64,000 nt of DNA from Octopus vulgaris. Lineage: Eukaryota. Under the pieces are notes generated by a model, which worked only from the letters and a program-made list of their open reading frames with translations, made no database searches and was not told the DNA's origin. Where the stretch lies: assembly GCA_951406725.2 (NCBI GenBank), contig OX597836.1, positions 21,700,001 through 21,764,000 of the forward strand, read 5' to 3'. Of the stretch, positions 16,069 to 29,560 are shown piece by piece. The first letter of the stretch is position 1; every line of letters starts with the position of its first letter. The translations under genes and the position numbers were made by a program.

Positions 16069-16397
16069 GTGTGCAGTGGAAACGAAAAGTAAATGCTATG
16101 TTTGCCAACACAAGCCGGACATAAATGCAGGTTGGCACCGTTGGAGGGAACGATAATGTCGCAACCTATTCAATATCTTTGAGTTCCGCAGTTAACAGCT
16201 GAGATAAGGAATACTCCGCATGTATGTATATATTTACGTGTGCACATCTATACGGTATACAGCAGAATCTCATATCATATATGCATACACGTATGTAATT
16301 ATTTATATATAACTATAAATCAAGTAATATAAATAGATACATAATAGAGGAATAGATAGACAGACAGAAAGACAGACAGACAAACAGATGAACAAAC

Positions 16398-16504
<107 letters not shown>

Positions 16505-16868
16505 TGAACAAACAGATCGATTGATAGATAGTTAGATAGTTAGATAGATGGATAGATCGATCGATCGATCGATAGACAGATAAAGCTTGGTACTCAATAT
16601 CTACCGACGTACATATCAGTTTATTTAATGAACAATATCTACCATAATGAAAATAGTGGCGACCCAATTATTAATGTATAAATTTCCATAAACGAGTAAT
16701 AATAAGCAAAAAAATAACAACAAAATCGTAAATGAAAAACTGCAGCCATTTATAAAGCTATACTCCGGAGTGAGTATATGGAGCTTTCGGTATCCGAATG
16801 AAACATTCTCCTACTGCAGAAAGTAAATTATATTAACGACCTTTCTCATACCTTCATCAGTGAGATGT

Positions 16869-17250
16869 GGAGGCGCAATGGCCCAGTGGTTAGGGCAGCG
16901 GACTGGCGGTCATAGGATCGCGGTTTCGATTCCCAGACCGGGCGTTGTGAGTGTTTATTGAGCGAAAACACCTAAAAGCTCCACGAGGCTCCGGCAGGGG
17001 ATGGTGGTGATCCCTGCTGTACTCTTTCACCACAACTTTCTCTCACTCTTACTTCCTGTTTCTGTTGTACCTGTATTTCAAGGGGCCGGCCTTGTCACTC
17101 TCTGTGTCACGCTGAATATCCCCGAGAACTACCTTAAGGGTGCACGTGTCTGTGGAGTGCTCAGCCACTTACACGTTAATATCACGAGCAGGCTGTTCTG
17201 TTGATTCGGATCAACCGGAACCCTCGTCGTCGTAACCGACGGAGTGCTCC
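16869..17250 (+). mobile_element. tRNA-derived SINE group C (head ggaggcgcaatggcccagtggttagg), tail type 1
   Basis: A box tggcccagtgg, B box gtttcgattcc; TSD catcagtgaga at 16855 and 17261. Confidence 0.9.
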
Positions 17251-17816
17251 CCCCCACCCCCATCAGTGAGAAACAGTGAGCTATTGAAATAATTCGGTCT
17301 TTTGGGGGTTTTCAGATAAATTTAATCGTTTTAGTTCTACTTGTCACTCCACCGTCATAAGTTTGAAAAGCAGTAAAAATTTTTCAAATTTCGAAAACGA
17401 TGAACGAAATTTGTCCTGGAAGAATAGAGTTAGGCCGGTGTATAAGAGGCACCTTTTTGTAAATTCTTTTATTCTTAAATGTATTCTTAAATGTAACAAA
17501 AAATTGCTATGCATTTAATGCGACTGATGTATAAGTGAATGACGGAACGCTAACTTTTTTTCGCAAAAAGTATTTACTCCGGAAATACAGAAAAATAGAA
17601 AAATATAAAACACTTCGATAAAAGTATATTTTTTGTGTTAATTAAAATAATATTGGAAAGGATTAAAGTAAATGGAAAGAAAAACTGGAACAAATCTAAC
17701 AACCTAATATATAAAATTGTACTACATTATTCTACTGACATCATTCTAATTACATCATTCTACTGAGCATAAAAATAATAATAATAATAATAATTATAAT
17801 AATTATTATTATTATT

Positions 17817-18242
17817 ATTTGCTTGTCAGTTGTTTGACCTTAACCAGTTGAGCATGTCCCTTAGTGGCTGACGATATGTGCATCTCTGATCACGAGCAGA
17901 AGTAGTGGGGGAGCATCATAGCCATGTGTTGAGAGGGATTCTATGGGGTTTGAATAATTCACCTCTGGAAAATGGGTGGTTCTTTCAACATCCTTAAACA
18001 ACCCTTATTCAGGGACCTTTTGAGCGAGATGGGCTACTCGACCTGAAGAAAATTCTAACCGGGCCCCACTTGCAAGGTCATGCGCTGTTTATCTTGATAT
18101 GAGATCACCATGTCGCGCACATATGGTTGTGATGCATGTGCCTGGTGTACCCTTATCAGACGGGTAGTCATGATGGGTATATTGGGCTTCGTATATTTTA
18201 CCCCAGTGTCACTTTGATGGCATGAACTGCTCTCTCTCACTC
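17817..18242 (+). mobile_element. 5'-truncated copy of the ~560 bp (AAT)n-embedded element
   Basis: Highly similar to the 3' part of 35395-35953 and 41922-42477; ends ctctcactc-(AAT)n. Confidence 0.9.
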
Positions 18243-18275
<33 letters not shown>

Positions 18276-18281
18276 TAATAA

Positions 18282-18805
18282 TTTTTTTTCTTTATCGGCC
18301 AAAAGGGCCGCACATAAAACAAAGGACAATACAACCATGGGAATTTACGTGTAGTACGTGTGAATAGTAAAAAAATAATTACAATTGATAAAAATTCCAA
18401 ACAAGAAAATTCTCCAATCGGAGGGAAACTCCACTCAGGGGCAAACAAGAGACCCCACTCACCCTTGACACTCCGAACAGCAAAGGCACTTCGGGCGAGA
18501 ACCCTGTGCATCATTAGGCACATCATGCCCAGCACCCAGTGCAGCGACTGCTGACGGTAATCGTCGAAGCAGAAGGTGAGATCTACCCTAGTCCCCAAGC
18601 CACCGCGCGCTCCTTCCATTTCAGCAAAGTGCTGCTCAAATTCCGCACACATCTGCTTGGATTCGAGCAGCAAGAGTCCGTCCTGGCCCGCCAAAGATCG
18701 AATTGTGGCTTTGATTCCACGTTGCACATCCACCACACTGGCTCACCGAACGGATTTTATTTTTTCGTGTCTTAGAGCATGCACCCTGGCTCTGACGAAT
18801 TATTT
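18282..18805 (-). mobile_element. Deleted Tx1/L1-like LINE fragment with 3' end
   Basis: VRARVHALRHEK..QRGIKATIRSLAGQDG..MCAEFEQHF resembles the endonuclease-RT linker of L1/Tx1 ORF2; tail ggcccttttggccgataaagaaaaa then (ATT)n. Confidence 0.55.
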
Positions 18806-19121
18806 CTAATTTAAGCTCAAGGCCAGACATTTAAGAGGCGGTTAGTTAGTCGTTTACATCATCTCCATCCCCAGGCCTAGAACAATGAATGTTCATCTCT
18901 CAAGCGTTTTGTTTTACAGCGCACCTAGTGTGAAGAAAACCTGTGAACATATTTTACTGTTTGCGCCTACACCTCCTATTGTAAATATTCCATGTTGAAA
19001 TAAAACCATCAACACAGGGTGAAAAGATATTTATTTAATGGTTTAAAAAACTGAAAAAGAATCTTGCGTACGTCAATTATGTGGTGAAAGAAAACATAAT
19101 AGGAATTTAGGAATGATGATG

Positions 19122-19239
<118 letters not shown>

Positions 19240-19266
19240 CAATAATAATAATAATAATAAAATAAA

Positions 19267-19304
<38 letters not shown>

Positions 19305-19305
19305 C

Positions 19306-19343
<38 letters not shown>

Positions 19344-19529
19344 CCGTGTTTCATTCGATGTTGTACTTGCTTGGCAGGTGACTTGTTCTTGTGGCACTCA
19401 GTTCCGTTTTTCTACCTGCAGCTTTAGAATTGTGTGTGTACGTCTGTGTGTGTAAACTCACAAGCATTTATATAGAATGTATACACAAATATATATATAT
19501 ATATATATTTTTATTTATATATAAGCAAT

Positions 19530-19711
19530 AATAAATCTCTGAGCGAGGTATAAACAATAGCTGCACGACATCGTGAAGTATATTTGCCGCTTAAATGTGG
19601 CTAACCCTTAAGGGTGAATGCTACTGTAACTTGTAGCCCTCCTGGGGTACAAGCTACAGTAGCATCCACCCTTAAGGGTTAGCTACATTTAAGTGGCAAA
19701 TATACTTCATG

Positions 19712-19713
<2 letters not shown>
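19530..19713. mobile_element. Fold-back element within (TA)n, ~65 bp inverted arms
   Basis: 19571-19636 is the reverse complement of 19648-19712 with few mismatches around a gccctcctgggg centre. Confidence 0.85.
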
Positions 19714-19775
<62 letters not shown>

Positions 19776-19801
19776 GAGTGAAACATGTAAAAGATATATA
19801 T

Positions 19802-20192
19802 CTTTTACATGTTTCAGTCATTAGACTGCGGTCATGCTGGGGTACCGATTTGAAGAAATTTAATCGAATGTATCGACCCCAGTACTTGTTTTTAAAAGCC
19901 TGATACTTATTCTATCGGTGTCTTTAGCCGAACCGCTAACTTACAGGGAGGTGAACACATTAGCACCGGTTGTCAATAAGTTACGGCGGGGTACAAAGAC
20001 AGATATAAAATCGCGCACGCACGCACGCACACACACACACGACGGGCGTTTTTCACTTTCCGTTTTCCAAATCTACTCACAAGGCTTCGGTCGGCCCAAG
20101 GCTATAGTAGAAGACACTTGCTCAAGATACCACGCAGTGAAACTGAACCCGGAACCATGTGGTTGGGAAGCAACTTCTTACCACTTAGCCAC
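19802..20192 (-). mobile_element. SINE family B (internal microsatellite), diverged copy
   Basis: Reverse-complement similarity to 22438-22878. Confidence 0.8.
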
Positions 20193-20245
20193 GTCTGTCT
20201 GCGTAAACATATATATGTCTATGTACGTATATGTTTGTATATGTA

Positions 20246-20295
<50 letters not shown>

Positions 20296-20297
20296 AG

Positions 20298-20349
<52 letters not shown>

Positions 20350-20628
20350 TATATATATAATCAAAATAAGTAACAGGATATCAAGTATTAGTGCAATACG
20401 CCCGTTTTAAGCGGCTCCATTTAATTGAGCAATGCAAGCATTACATCAGTTTAAATATAGTGCTATCTTCAGTTGCAGCAAACATGGATTTTCAATAGAC
20501 AAGATATATTAATGTAATTTTTCTCAAGCATTTTGCCACAGCTTGAGGATGAAAGTATTTCATGCTGTCGCTATTGCAGTAAGACTATTCTGAGAGAAGA
20601 ACTACAATTTTGGAGTTGCATGTGTATC

Positions 20629-20663
<35 letters not shown>

Positions 20664-22437
20664 ATACACACACACATATTCATATACACAAATAGATACA
20701 GATGATGCTAATACACTTATTTATCAGTTTCAATCGTTTCTATAGCTTGTGGAAATATTACATCAATCAACCTGTTAGATTATTCAAAATTAAGAATTAC
20801 CTAAGCCATATAATATTCAATGAAAATTTCCGCCAAGCGTCTCGTCTGACTAGACGTAGATGCAATGTGAACTTACATTTTGAAAGAATAAATAAAATGA
20901 GAAAAGGCGGGGCTTATTCTGTCATAGTAATAAATCAAATAACAAGCTGTCACACAATCAGAGAAAACATTTAAGAGCAGTGTTATTAAGTTGCAGACCA
21001 TGTGTTTCGAGTTCGAAGCCATTCTTACTTCAACTCTCAACAAATTAAAGTACCAGTCAAGGTTGTACATATGCTTAAGTATCTGTGACGTATATATATA
21101 CCGTATATACTCGGCTATAAGTCGCACTTTTTTCCCTGTAGTGGGAAACAAACAGAGATACAAAGATACACACACACAAACAAATAAACACGCCAAAGAA
21201 AACGGGTACGATTTAATCGATTAACCGTTACCTGAAGCCTCTCGTCTTGTGTCTTTATCGCAAACAAATATTTACAAGCAAATGGCATTCAACCTGGAAA
21301 GCAAAACGATTAAATTGTTAAACCGTCCGTAACGTCAGGAATCCCATATCTGTTTTAAGAAAGCTTTGACGCCATCAAACCGAAATGTTTTGAAACAAAG
21401 TGTTGTGCAACCTCACCCACGTCACACATTCTTCTCGCCCGTGGTTTACTTCATACATTCCGGGTCCCTACTTGTTGTTCAAGAACAAACTATATATTCG
21501 AATGGTTCAGATAAAAGCGGTCGATATTAATAACTCATTACACGGAGATAGAGATGGCGACGGGGATGAAAACAGAGGCGCCATTTTGTTTAGCTTGGTA
21601 TTGCTGTTATCTTTCAGGTAGAAAATAGAGGATAACTTCCGGATAGGAAGCCATATCTTGTTGGTGTGATAAGAGGAACTTTTCCGTAAGAGCAGCAATT
21701 GTTTGCTACCAGGTTAATTGGGAGTGATAAGATTATTGCACAGGCGATGTTGTGTGTGTGTGTGTATATGTGTATGTGTGTATGTACTCTTACATGTGTG
21801 GGGAAGTTCGTGTTCTCATGTATATGTGTGGATGTGTGTGTGTTTGTGTAATTACCTGTGAGTGGACGTTCGTGTTTTTGTGCATGTGTATATTTTCGTG
21901 TGCGCGAGTGTTCTTGTCTGTGGGTGTATGTTCGTTTATATGTATATACACTCCCATGCATGTTTGTGTGCGTGTGAATACTTATAGAAGCATTCTAAAA
22001 ATAACTGTCACAAAATATTCACACGCATACAATTGCATACAGACACACATACACACGCAACCACATACGTTCACTCATACACGCATACGAGCACATATAT
22101 ACACTTATATATGTGTGTATAGCAATATACAGCTGTATACTTTAGTCAGTATACGTATAAAAAGATATATAATTATTCATAAATTGCGCATACATACACA
22201 CAGAGGCAGGTATGTATATACATGCCTGTGTATGTATGTGTGTATGTATATGTGTGTGTGTATCCATGTAACTATATATGTACGTATGACGTGTATATTT
22301 ACTAATATTCCGCGACTAATATCGTTTTATATTGTTTTAGATTGTTTTTTCTCACCTCATAATTACTTCTAATTAAGGGTTTTTAAATGTATCCTGTATT
22401 ATCGTGTCTTCAGGCATTCATGTCGACATTGTATATA

Positions 22438-22602
22438 GGCGCAGGAGTGGCTGTGTGGTAAGTAGCTTGCTAACCAACCACATGGTTCCGGGTTCAGTCC
22501 CACTGCGTGGCATCTTGGGGAAGTGTCTTCTGCTATAGCCTCGGGCCGACCAATGCCTTGTTAGTGGATTTGGTAGACGGAAACTCAAAGAAGCCTGTCG
22601 TA

Positions 22603-22669
<67 letters not shown>

Positions 22670-22878
22670 TTGTGTGTCTGTGTTTGTCCCCCTGGCATTG
22701 CTTGACAATCGATGCTGGTGTGATTACGTCCCCGTAACTTAGCGGTTCGGCAAAATAGACCGATAGAATAAGTACTGGGCTTACAAAGAATAAGTCCCGG
22801 GGTCGATTTGCTCGACTAAAGGCGGTGCTCCAGCATGACCGCAGTCAAATGACTAAAACAAGTAAAAGAGTAAAAGAG
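22438..22878 (+). mobile_element. SINE family B, full length (head ggcgcaggagtggctgtgtggtaag, internal (TA)n(TG)n, tail gactgaaacaagtaaaagag)
   Basis: A/B-box-like tggctgtgtgg and ggttcagtccc; CORE-like cttgggcaagtgtctt; many copies in the window. Confidence 0.9.
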
Positions 22879-23266
22879 AGTGAGCATTAGTGTAAGCATT
22901 CAAACACCGTCACTACCTTTCCAGCCCCTGCTGCACTTCACATGAAACTTTTGTCCTCCAAAGTTGTCTTGGATTTATTAGTGAACCTACCTTTATTTTA
23001 TGTAAATTTTGGTCTGAAAAACTCAACTCGTATGCCGGAAAATACTATAAATACGAACCCGAAACCAAATGGCTGCAAAGTGAGCTTCTTAACCTCACCG
23101 CCAAGCCATTGCCTATGCATACGTTACGAAATATTCCGGGGAGTAAATCGGGTATCATGGGATCAGCTGGTTTGACCATCGAACAAACGATCCAGTAGCG
23201 GAGGAAAGTGAAGCAGAAAGAAAACTATCAACTTACTTGGAGCCCATTTGACTTGCGTCTGTCCAG

Positions 23267-23334
<68 letters not shown>

Positions 23335-23415
23335 GGATGGATGGATGGATGGATGGATGGATGGATGGATGGATGGATGGATGGATGGATGGATGGATGG
23401 ATGGATGGATGGATG

Positions 23416-23489
<74 letters not shown>

Positions 23490-23676
23490 CGCATATATAT
23501 ATATATATGTATGTATATAGTCAAATAAATACATATATATATGCACATATAAATACACAGGCATACATATATACACATACATATACATACATATATATTA
23601 TATATATGTATGCATGAATATATGCATGTATGACTGTGTGTGTGTTTGCATATATGTATGCGTGAATGTATGTATG

Positions 23677-23707
<31 letters not shown>

Positions 23708-24075
23708 GTATGTATGTATGTATGTATCCTGGTCTCTCATCCAGACATTACAATGAAACACGAATGCAGGCAACGAAGTAGTGGAACAGCGGAATAGCGG
23801 AATAATCAATCACCAGATTGTCTGTCTGTTGGCGGTAATCCTCACAGTGTGTGATATGACCATATTACACGGGAGTGGCGATGTCTGTTGTCACTAATGA
23901 CGATGTGAAAGTGGATTAGTCGATTGGATTAATGAAGATTAGTGAAGATGGAGAAAGATCGATGTGCACCACAGAACAGTCGAGAACAACTTTGCGACTT
24001 GATGCAAATTATTGGCTTATTTCGTGTCTCTGCCTTTATATGCCCGTGTGTGAGTGTGTGCATGTGCGTGCCTGC

Positions 24076-24141
<66 letters not shown>

Positions 24142-24287
24142 CTGTGTAGGTATGTATAGGTGTATGTGTGTATGTGTTCGTGTGTGTGTGTGTGTATGTG
24201 TGACAATTGTCTTTGCGCTGGCGGCATTTCAGTCTGTCTATCTATCTATCTATCTATCTATCCATCTATCCATCTATCCATCTATCC

Positions 24288-24344
<57 letters not shown>

Positions 24345-24353
24345 CCAACCTAC

Positions 24354-24414
<61 letters not shown>

Positions 24415-24421
24415 AACCTAC

Positions 24422-24497
<76 letters not shown>

Positions 24498-25235
24498 ATG
24501 AATATATGTATGTGCGTTTGTATATATATATATATATACTTACATGTATTTATGCGTTTATGTTTAAATATGTGTTTGTGTATATGTATGTGTGTGTGTG
24601 TTTATGTTTAAATATGTGTTTGTGTATATGTATGTGTGTGTGTATGTGTGTGTACACAGTAACTTGGTTACGTCAACTTTTCTGGTTAAATGTCAGGGTA
24701 GGTTGTATTTTTACTGTGATGTGGTTTTTATTGTGATTCCGATTTTGATCTTCAGGCAACAGCTTATGAGAGAGAACAGTTTCCATATTATTCTCTTGTC
24801 CTGTGCCTTTTATCTGCTGTCTGGACTTCAGTCATTTTATAGAATTAATTAATTCATATACTGTAAGTTGTCGGAGCAGTGTGGCCGAATGGTTTAAAAG
24901 TTTTTTCATTGCAACCATGAGATCATAATTTCAATCTCAGAGTGTGACATCACGCGAAAATGGAATTTTCTAACGTCTCAGGTGGATCCAAATCTTGCGA
25001 GTAAAAATGGGTTGACGGAGACAGTAAACAAAGCCCACCAAGGGGGCTGAATCTGCAATTCAAAAGTCCAACCTTGTCTCATACTGTGTCACGCTGATTC
25101 TGCCAGGGAATTACATTTATGTTACGCGTCTCTGTGGAATATTCAACCACTTACATGTTAATTCGGGGGCAGGTAATTCAGTTAGTGAAACAACTGAATC
25201 CTCATTGTTGAACGACGGAGAGCCACCATTCTGTA

Positions 25236-25523
25236 GTTCCTTCTCGAGCCATACCTGGCTCATAAGGGCCGGTTTCCCGGTTTCCTTGGCGTATAGATTC
25301 CCCACCTGGACGGGACGCCGGTCCGTCGCAGGTGAGCTGCAAGATGCAGGAGGAAAGAGTGAGAGAAAGTTGTGGCGAAAGAGTCAGCAGAAGTTCGCCA
25401 TTACCTTCTGCCGGAGCCGCGTGGAGCTTAGGTGTTTCGCTCATAAACACACACATCGCCCGGTCTGAGATTCGAACCCGCGATCCCTCGACCGCGAGTC
25501 CGCTGCTCTAACCACTAGGCCAT
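25236..25523 (-). mobile_element. tRNA-derived SINE group C, tail type 2, next to an older SINE remnant (~24875-25228)
   Basis: Minus-strand head tggcctagtggttagagcagcggactcgcggtcg; TSD ccattctgtag at ~25225 and ~25520. Confidence 0.88.
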
Positions 25524-25719
25524 TCTGTAGGGAGTACGGCGTAATTTTTATCACACCTTTATTGCCGACAACGGTTAACTTAAATACATACTTTATTCCA
25601 GACCAGACCATGAATTATGCTTTGAAGAATATATTATTTTACTTTTTTACTTGTTTCACTCATTAGACTGCGGCCTTGCTGGAGCACGTTATTATTCATT
25701 TGTTTTTCATTTCTTCCAG

Positions 25720-25857
25720 ATTATATGAGAACCCAATCTGCCTTCAGTATCATATCGATATTCCTTATGTTCCTGGCTCACGTATTTGCCTTCTACTCTT
25801 TCAAGAGACCCAGGTATATTATAAAGCGGCTTACAGCACTTCTACATATGATGACTG
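25720..25857 (+). CDS. Internal coding exon of the claudin-superfamily gene (TM2 to start of TM3)
   Basis: ttcttccag acceptor, gtaaga donor, 138 nt, phase 1-1; DYMRTQSAFSIISIFLMFLAHVFAFYSFKRPRYIIKRLTALLHMMT. Confidence 0.88.
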
Positions 25858-25872
25858 GTAAGATCTTTTTTT

Positions 25873-26852
25873 CTTTCGGATATATGCAAGTGTTTCCGTA
25901 TCGTAAATAATGACTGCAAATGTGTTTAATAATGAAATAAGATTACGATATAGAAAATTTTGCTTTCTTTTAAATGCCTTTAATACTTAATAATAGACGT
26001 CGTATTAAAAATCTTTCGGTTATATGCAAGTGTTTCCGTATCGTCAATAATGACTGCAAATGTGTTTAATAATGAAATAAGATTACGATATAGAAAATTT
26101 TGCTTTCTTTTAAATGCCTTTAATACTTAATAATAGACGTCGTATTAAAAATCTTTCGGTTATATGCAAGTGTTTCCGTATCGTCAATAATGACTGCAAA
26201 TGTGTTTAATAATGAAATAAGATTACGATATAGAAAATTTTGCTTTCTTTTAAATGCCTTTAATACTTAATAATAGACGTCGTATTAAAAATCTTTCGGT
26301 TATATGCAAGTGTTTCCGTATCGTCAATAATGACTGCAAATCTGTTTAACAATGAAATAAGATTACGATATAGAAAATTTTGCTTTCTTTTAAATGCCTT
26401 TAATACTTAATAATAGACGTCGTATTAAAAATCTTTCGGTTATATGCAAGTGTTTCCGTATCGTCAATAATGACTGCAAATGTGTTTAATAATGAAATAA
26501 GATTACGATATAGAAAATTTTGCTTTCTTTTAAATGCCTTTAATACTTAATAATAGACGTCGTATTAAAAATCTTTCGGTTATATGCAAGTGTTTCCGTA
26601 TCGTCAATAATGACTGCAAATGTGTTTAATAATGAAATAAGATTACGATATAGAAAATTTTGCTTTCTTTTAAATGCCTTTAATACTTAATAATAGACGT
26701 CGTATTAAAAATCTTTCGGTTATATGCAAGTGTTTCCGTATCGTCAATAATGACTGCAAATGTGTTTAATAATGAAATAAGATTACGATATAGATAACTT
26801 TGTTTTCTCTTAAATGCCTTTAATACCTTTGTAATAGACGTCGTATTAAAAA
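25873..26852. repeat. Intronic tandem array, 7 x 140 bp, near-identical units
   Basis: tatatgcaag recurs at 25881, 26021, 26161, 26301, 26441, 26581, 26721. Confidence 0.97.
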
Positions 26853-27128
26853 TTTTGATTAAAATGATAACTTTTTTCGATTCAATATTTGGTTTAGAAG
26901 TATATAAACCAGTATAGTAAATATATAAATATAGTAAATATATAATAGTATAGTAAATATATAAGCCAGTATAGTAAATAAAGGAGATAACATGAGGTGG
27001 CTGAGATGACCGAGCATCGAACTTAATATATTTCAATTGCTGTACAACAACTACCAGGAAAACGTTAAGGTTAAACTCAACGACAGAAGACACAGTAGCA
27101 AAGCAGCAATAATAACAGCAACAACAGT

Positions 27129-27520
27129 GGAGGCGCAATGGCCCAGTGGTTAGGGCAGCGGACTCGCGGTCGGAGGATCGCGGTTTCGATTCCCAGACCG
27201 GGCGTTGTGTGTGTTTATTGAGCGAAAACACCTAAAGCTCTACGAGGCTCCGGCAGGGGTGGGGGTGGGGGTGACGACCCCTGTTGTACTCTTTCGCTTC
27301 AACTTTCTCTCACTCTTTCTTCCTGTTTCTTGTTCCCGACTTCCTATGCAACCGCTGAGCCTGGATGCGCATTCATCCATCCGTCGATGCTCTCGGTGTC
27401 GGGGGTTGACCTGCTTTCTCTTCTACGGGTCTTACGAATAGCAAAGGACCACGTTTCGGACTTCTCCCACTACAGAGGCGCGATCTTGCGAGCTCTGGGA
27501 CGAAGACCGCTTCGCTCAAC
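27129..27520 (+). mobile_element. tRNA-derived SINE group C, tail type 3, inside a (CAA)-rich tract
   Basis: Head and body match 16869 for ~200 bp, then an unrelated 3' part ending gaccgcttcgctcaac. Confidence 0.85.
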
Positions 27521-28088
27521 AAAGAAACAAACAAACAAACAGCAACAGTAACAACTAAAGCAACAATAACAACAAAAAGAGTAACAAAGCATTAAGAAGA
27601 ACAACAACAGCAACAATAGCAACTGCAACAACAACGGCACTAACAGTAGAAACGACATTAACAACAACTGTAACTGCAGCAGTAACAACAACAACTACAA
27701 CAACAATAACAACACCAAGATCAGTAACTGCAATAACATCCAATAGCAACAATAACGACATTCACCTTATACGACTAACCCATCGTCTCTATAGAAACCG
27801 CTCTTGTTCCTATGTACAAGAACCTCCTAACAAGCCTGTCAAACCTCATACGAAACTTCGCTTCCAAATCAACACCTAAAACCACAACAAAGCTTTGTAA
27901 TAAACATCGTATTAAAAATCTTGATTAAAATAACTTTTTCGATTCAATATTTGTTGTACAGCAATTGAAATATATTAAGTATACTGGTTTATATACTTCT
28001 ATGCTAGAACTATTTTATCAGTTTCTTTTAATTTCTTCTCTCCTCACTTAAGTCTAATAGTTTTCATTTTGTTTCTAATTTGTTGTTG

Positions 28089-28156
<68 letters not shown>

Positions 28157-28185
28157 ATTATTATTATTATTCATATATTTTCCAG

Positions 28186-28442
28186 CCGCCTGTTTGTTGG
28201 TACTCAACGAAGTGTATATAAAGTCAGTCGACCACGGTATAGACCACATCCCGGCAAGACATCCGAAGATTGCTACCTACCGTTATGGATTCTCTTTCAT
28301 TTTATCTTGGATTAGCTTCGTCATTTACTTCTTGGCCGGTTGCGTTTTCCTATTCGCATCGCACAAACAGAAGACCGAAATGGCTGACGAGGAAGACGAA
28401 CTAGCGGAACAAGATGAGCCAATGCATCTAGGCCGTATATAA
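28186..28442 (+). CDS. Terminal coding exon of the claudin-superfamily gene (TM3 end, loop 2, TM4, acidic tail)
   Basis: ttttccag acceptor; G|CC joins in frame; AACLLVLNEVYIKSV...YRYGFSFILSWISFVIYFLAGCVFLFASHKQK...EPMHLGRI*; YGxSFxLxW is typical of PMP22/EMP/claudin TM4. Confidence 0.9.
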
Positions 28443-28880
28443 AGAGATACAGTCACCTGTTTACAATGGTGAAAGCCTTTCTCTGTCTATTTTTCTTATG
28501 GACGATTATACGATTGGACGATTGGAACGTAATTTTTATTCTTGTCCTTTTGGACGAGTGGACGTTTGGACGTAACTTTTTTGTCGTTTTGGACGATTGA
28601 ACGTTTTGCGGGGTTTGCGTGTAAAAGCAATAGGGCCTGGTGTTAACACTTTTCTTTATTAAGCTGTTATATCAAAACATAGGTTACGAGATTGTTTTGG
28701 GTTTGTTTGTTTTTTTTTGTTAAGAGAAAAGAGAGCGAAAAGAAAGAAAATAATGAGAAATAATAACGTGAAATGAAACGGAAGAAAAGTTAAAGAAGAA
28801 AGATAAAAAAATTTTTTTAAAGTGTAGATAGAAATGAATCAAGAAGAAAGTCAATCAAAGCGATAATAATAATAATAATG

Positions 28881-28936
<56 letters not shown>

Positions 28937-29510
28937 TAGAAGAAGAAGAAGAAACCCAAAAATATAAATAAGAAGACAGCTAAATAAAGATAAGTGAAGG
29001 AGAACTGATTTAATGACAGAGGCAAACGAGAAATGAGAAAGAAAATGAAGGAAATTAATACGTTATTATAAAGGGAGATAATTGGATGTGAAACTTCCTG
29101 CCAATGTTAATTTTTTACGTGTTTTTTATACCCCACCCCGTCCCTACCACTACTACCACCAACACCACCACCACCACCATTGGCTTTTTGAATTGAATAC
29201 GCACACATATACATAAGCACACACAAACACACATACACGCAGATTTACGGATACATATACGTTCAGGCTGCTTATCATAAACACAAACATATACACACAA
29301 GCACACACACACATACACACACACACACATTTACATAAGCAAGCATGCGCGCACGCACATCGATACGTTGAAACCATCTTGAAGTTGGAGCATGATATAT
29401 TAAAAAAATTAATATCTTTAGAAAAAATCCAAACACTACAAGAATAAAAGATGATGACGTCAATGAGTAAAATAAAATAAAACCAATAAAGACAGACAGA
29501 TAGATACAGA

Positions 29511-29560
<50 letters not shown>

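Noticed and set aside
14633-16156. Long ORFs of 330-501 aa (MYVC/YIHT repeats) and similar YLSI, CVCV, poly-I/N/S/K ORFs across the window
   Set aside because: Translations of microsatellites that lack stop codons; no splice or homology support.
25873-26852. CRISPR-like array
   Set aside because: Contiguous identical units with no unique spacers, no cas genes, eukaryotic intron. The same applies to 62813-63591.
27129-27205. tRNA gene
   Set aside because: A and B boxes are present but no proper cloverleaf or terminator; it continues into a SINE body, and sister copies have TSDs.
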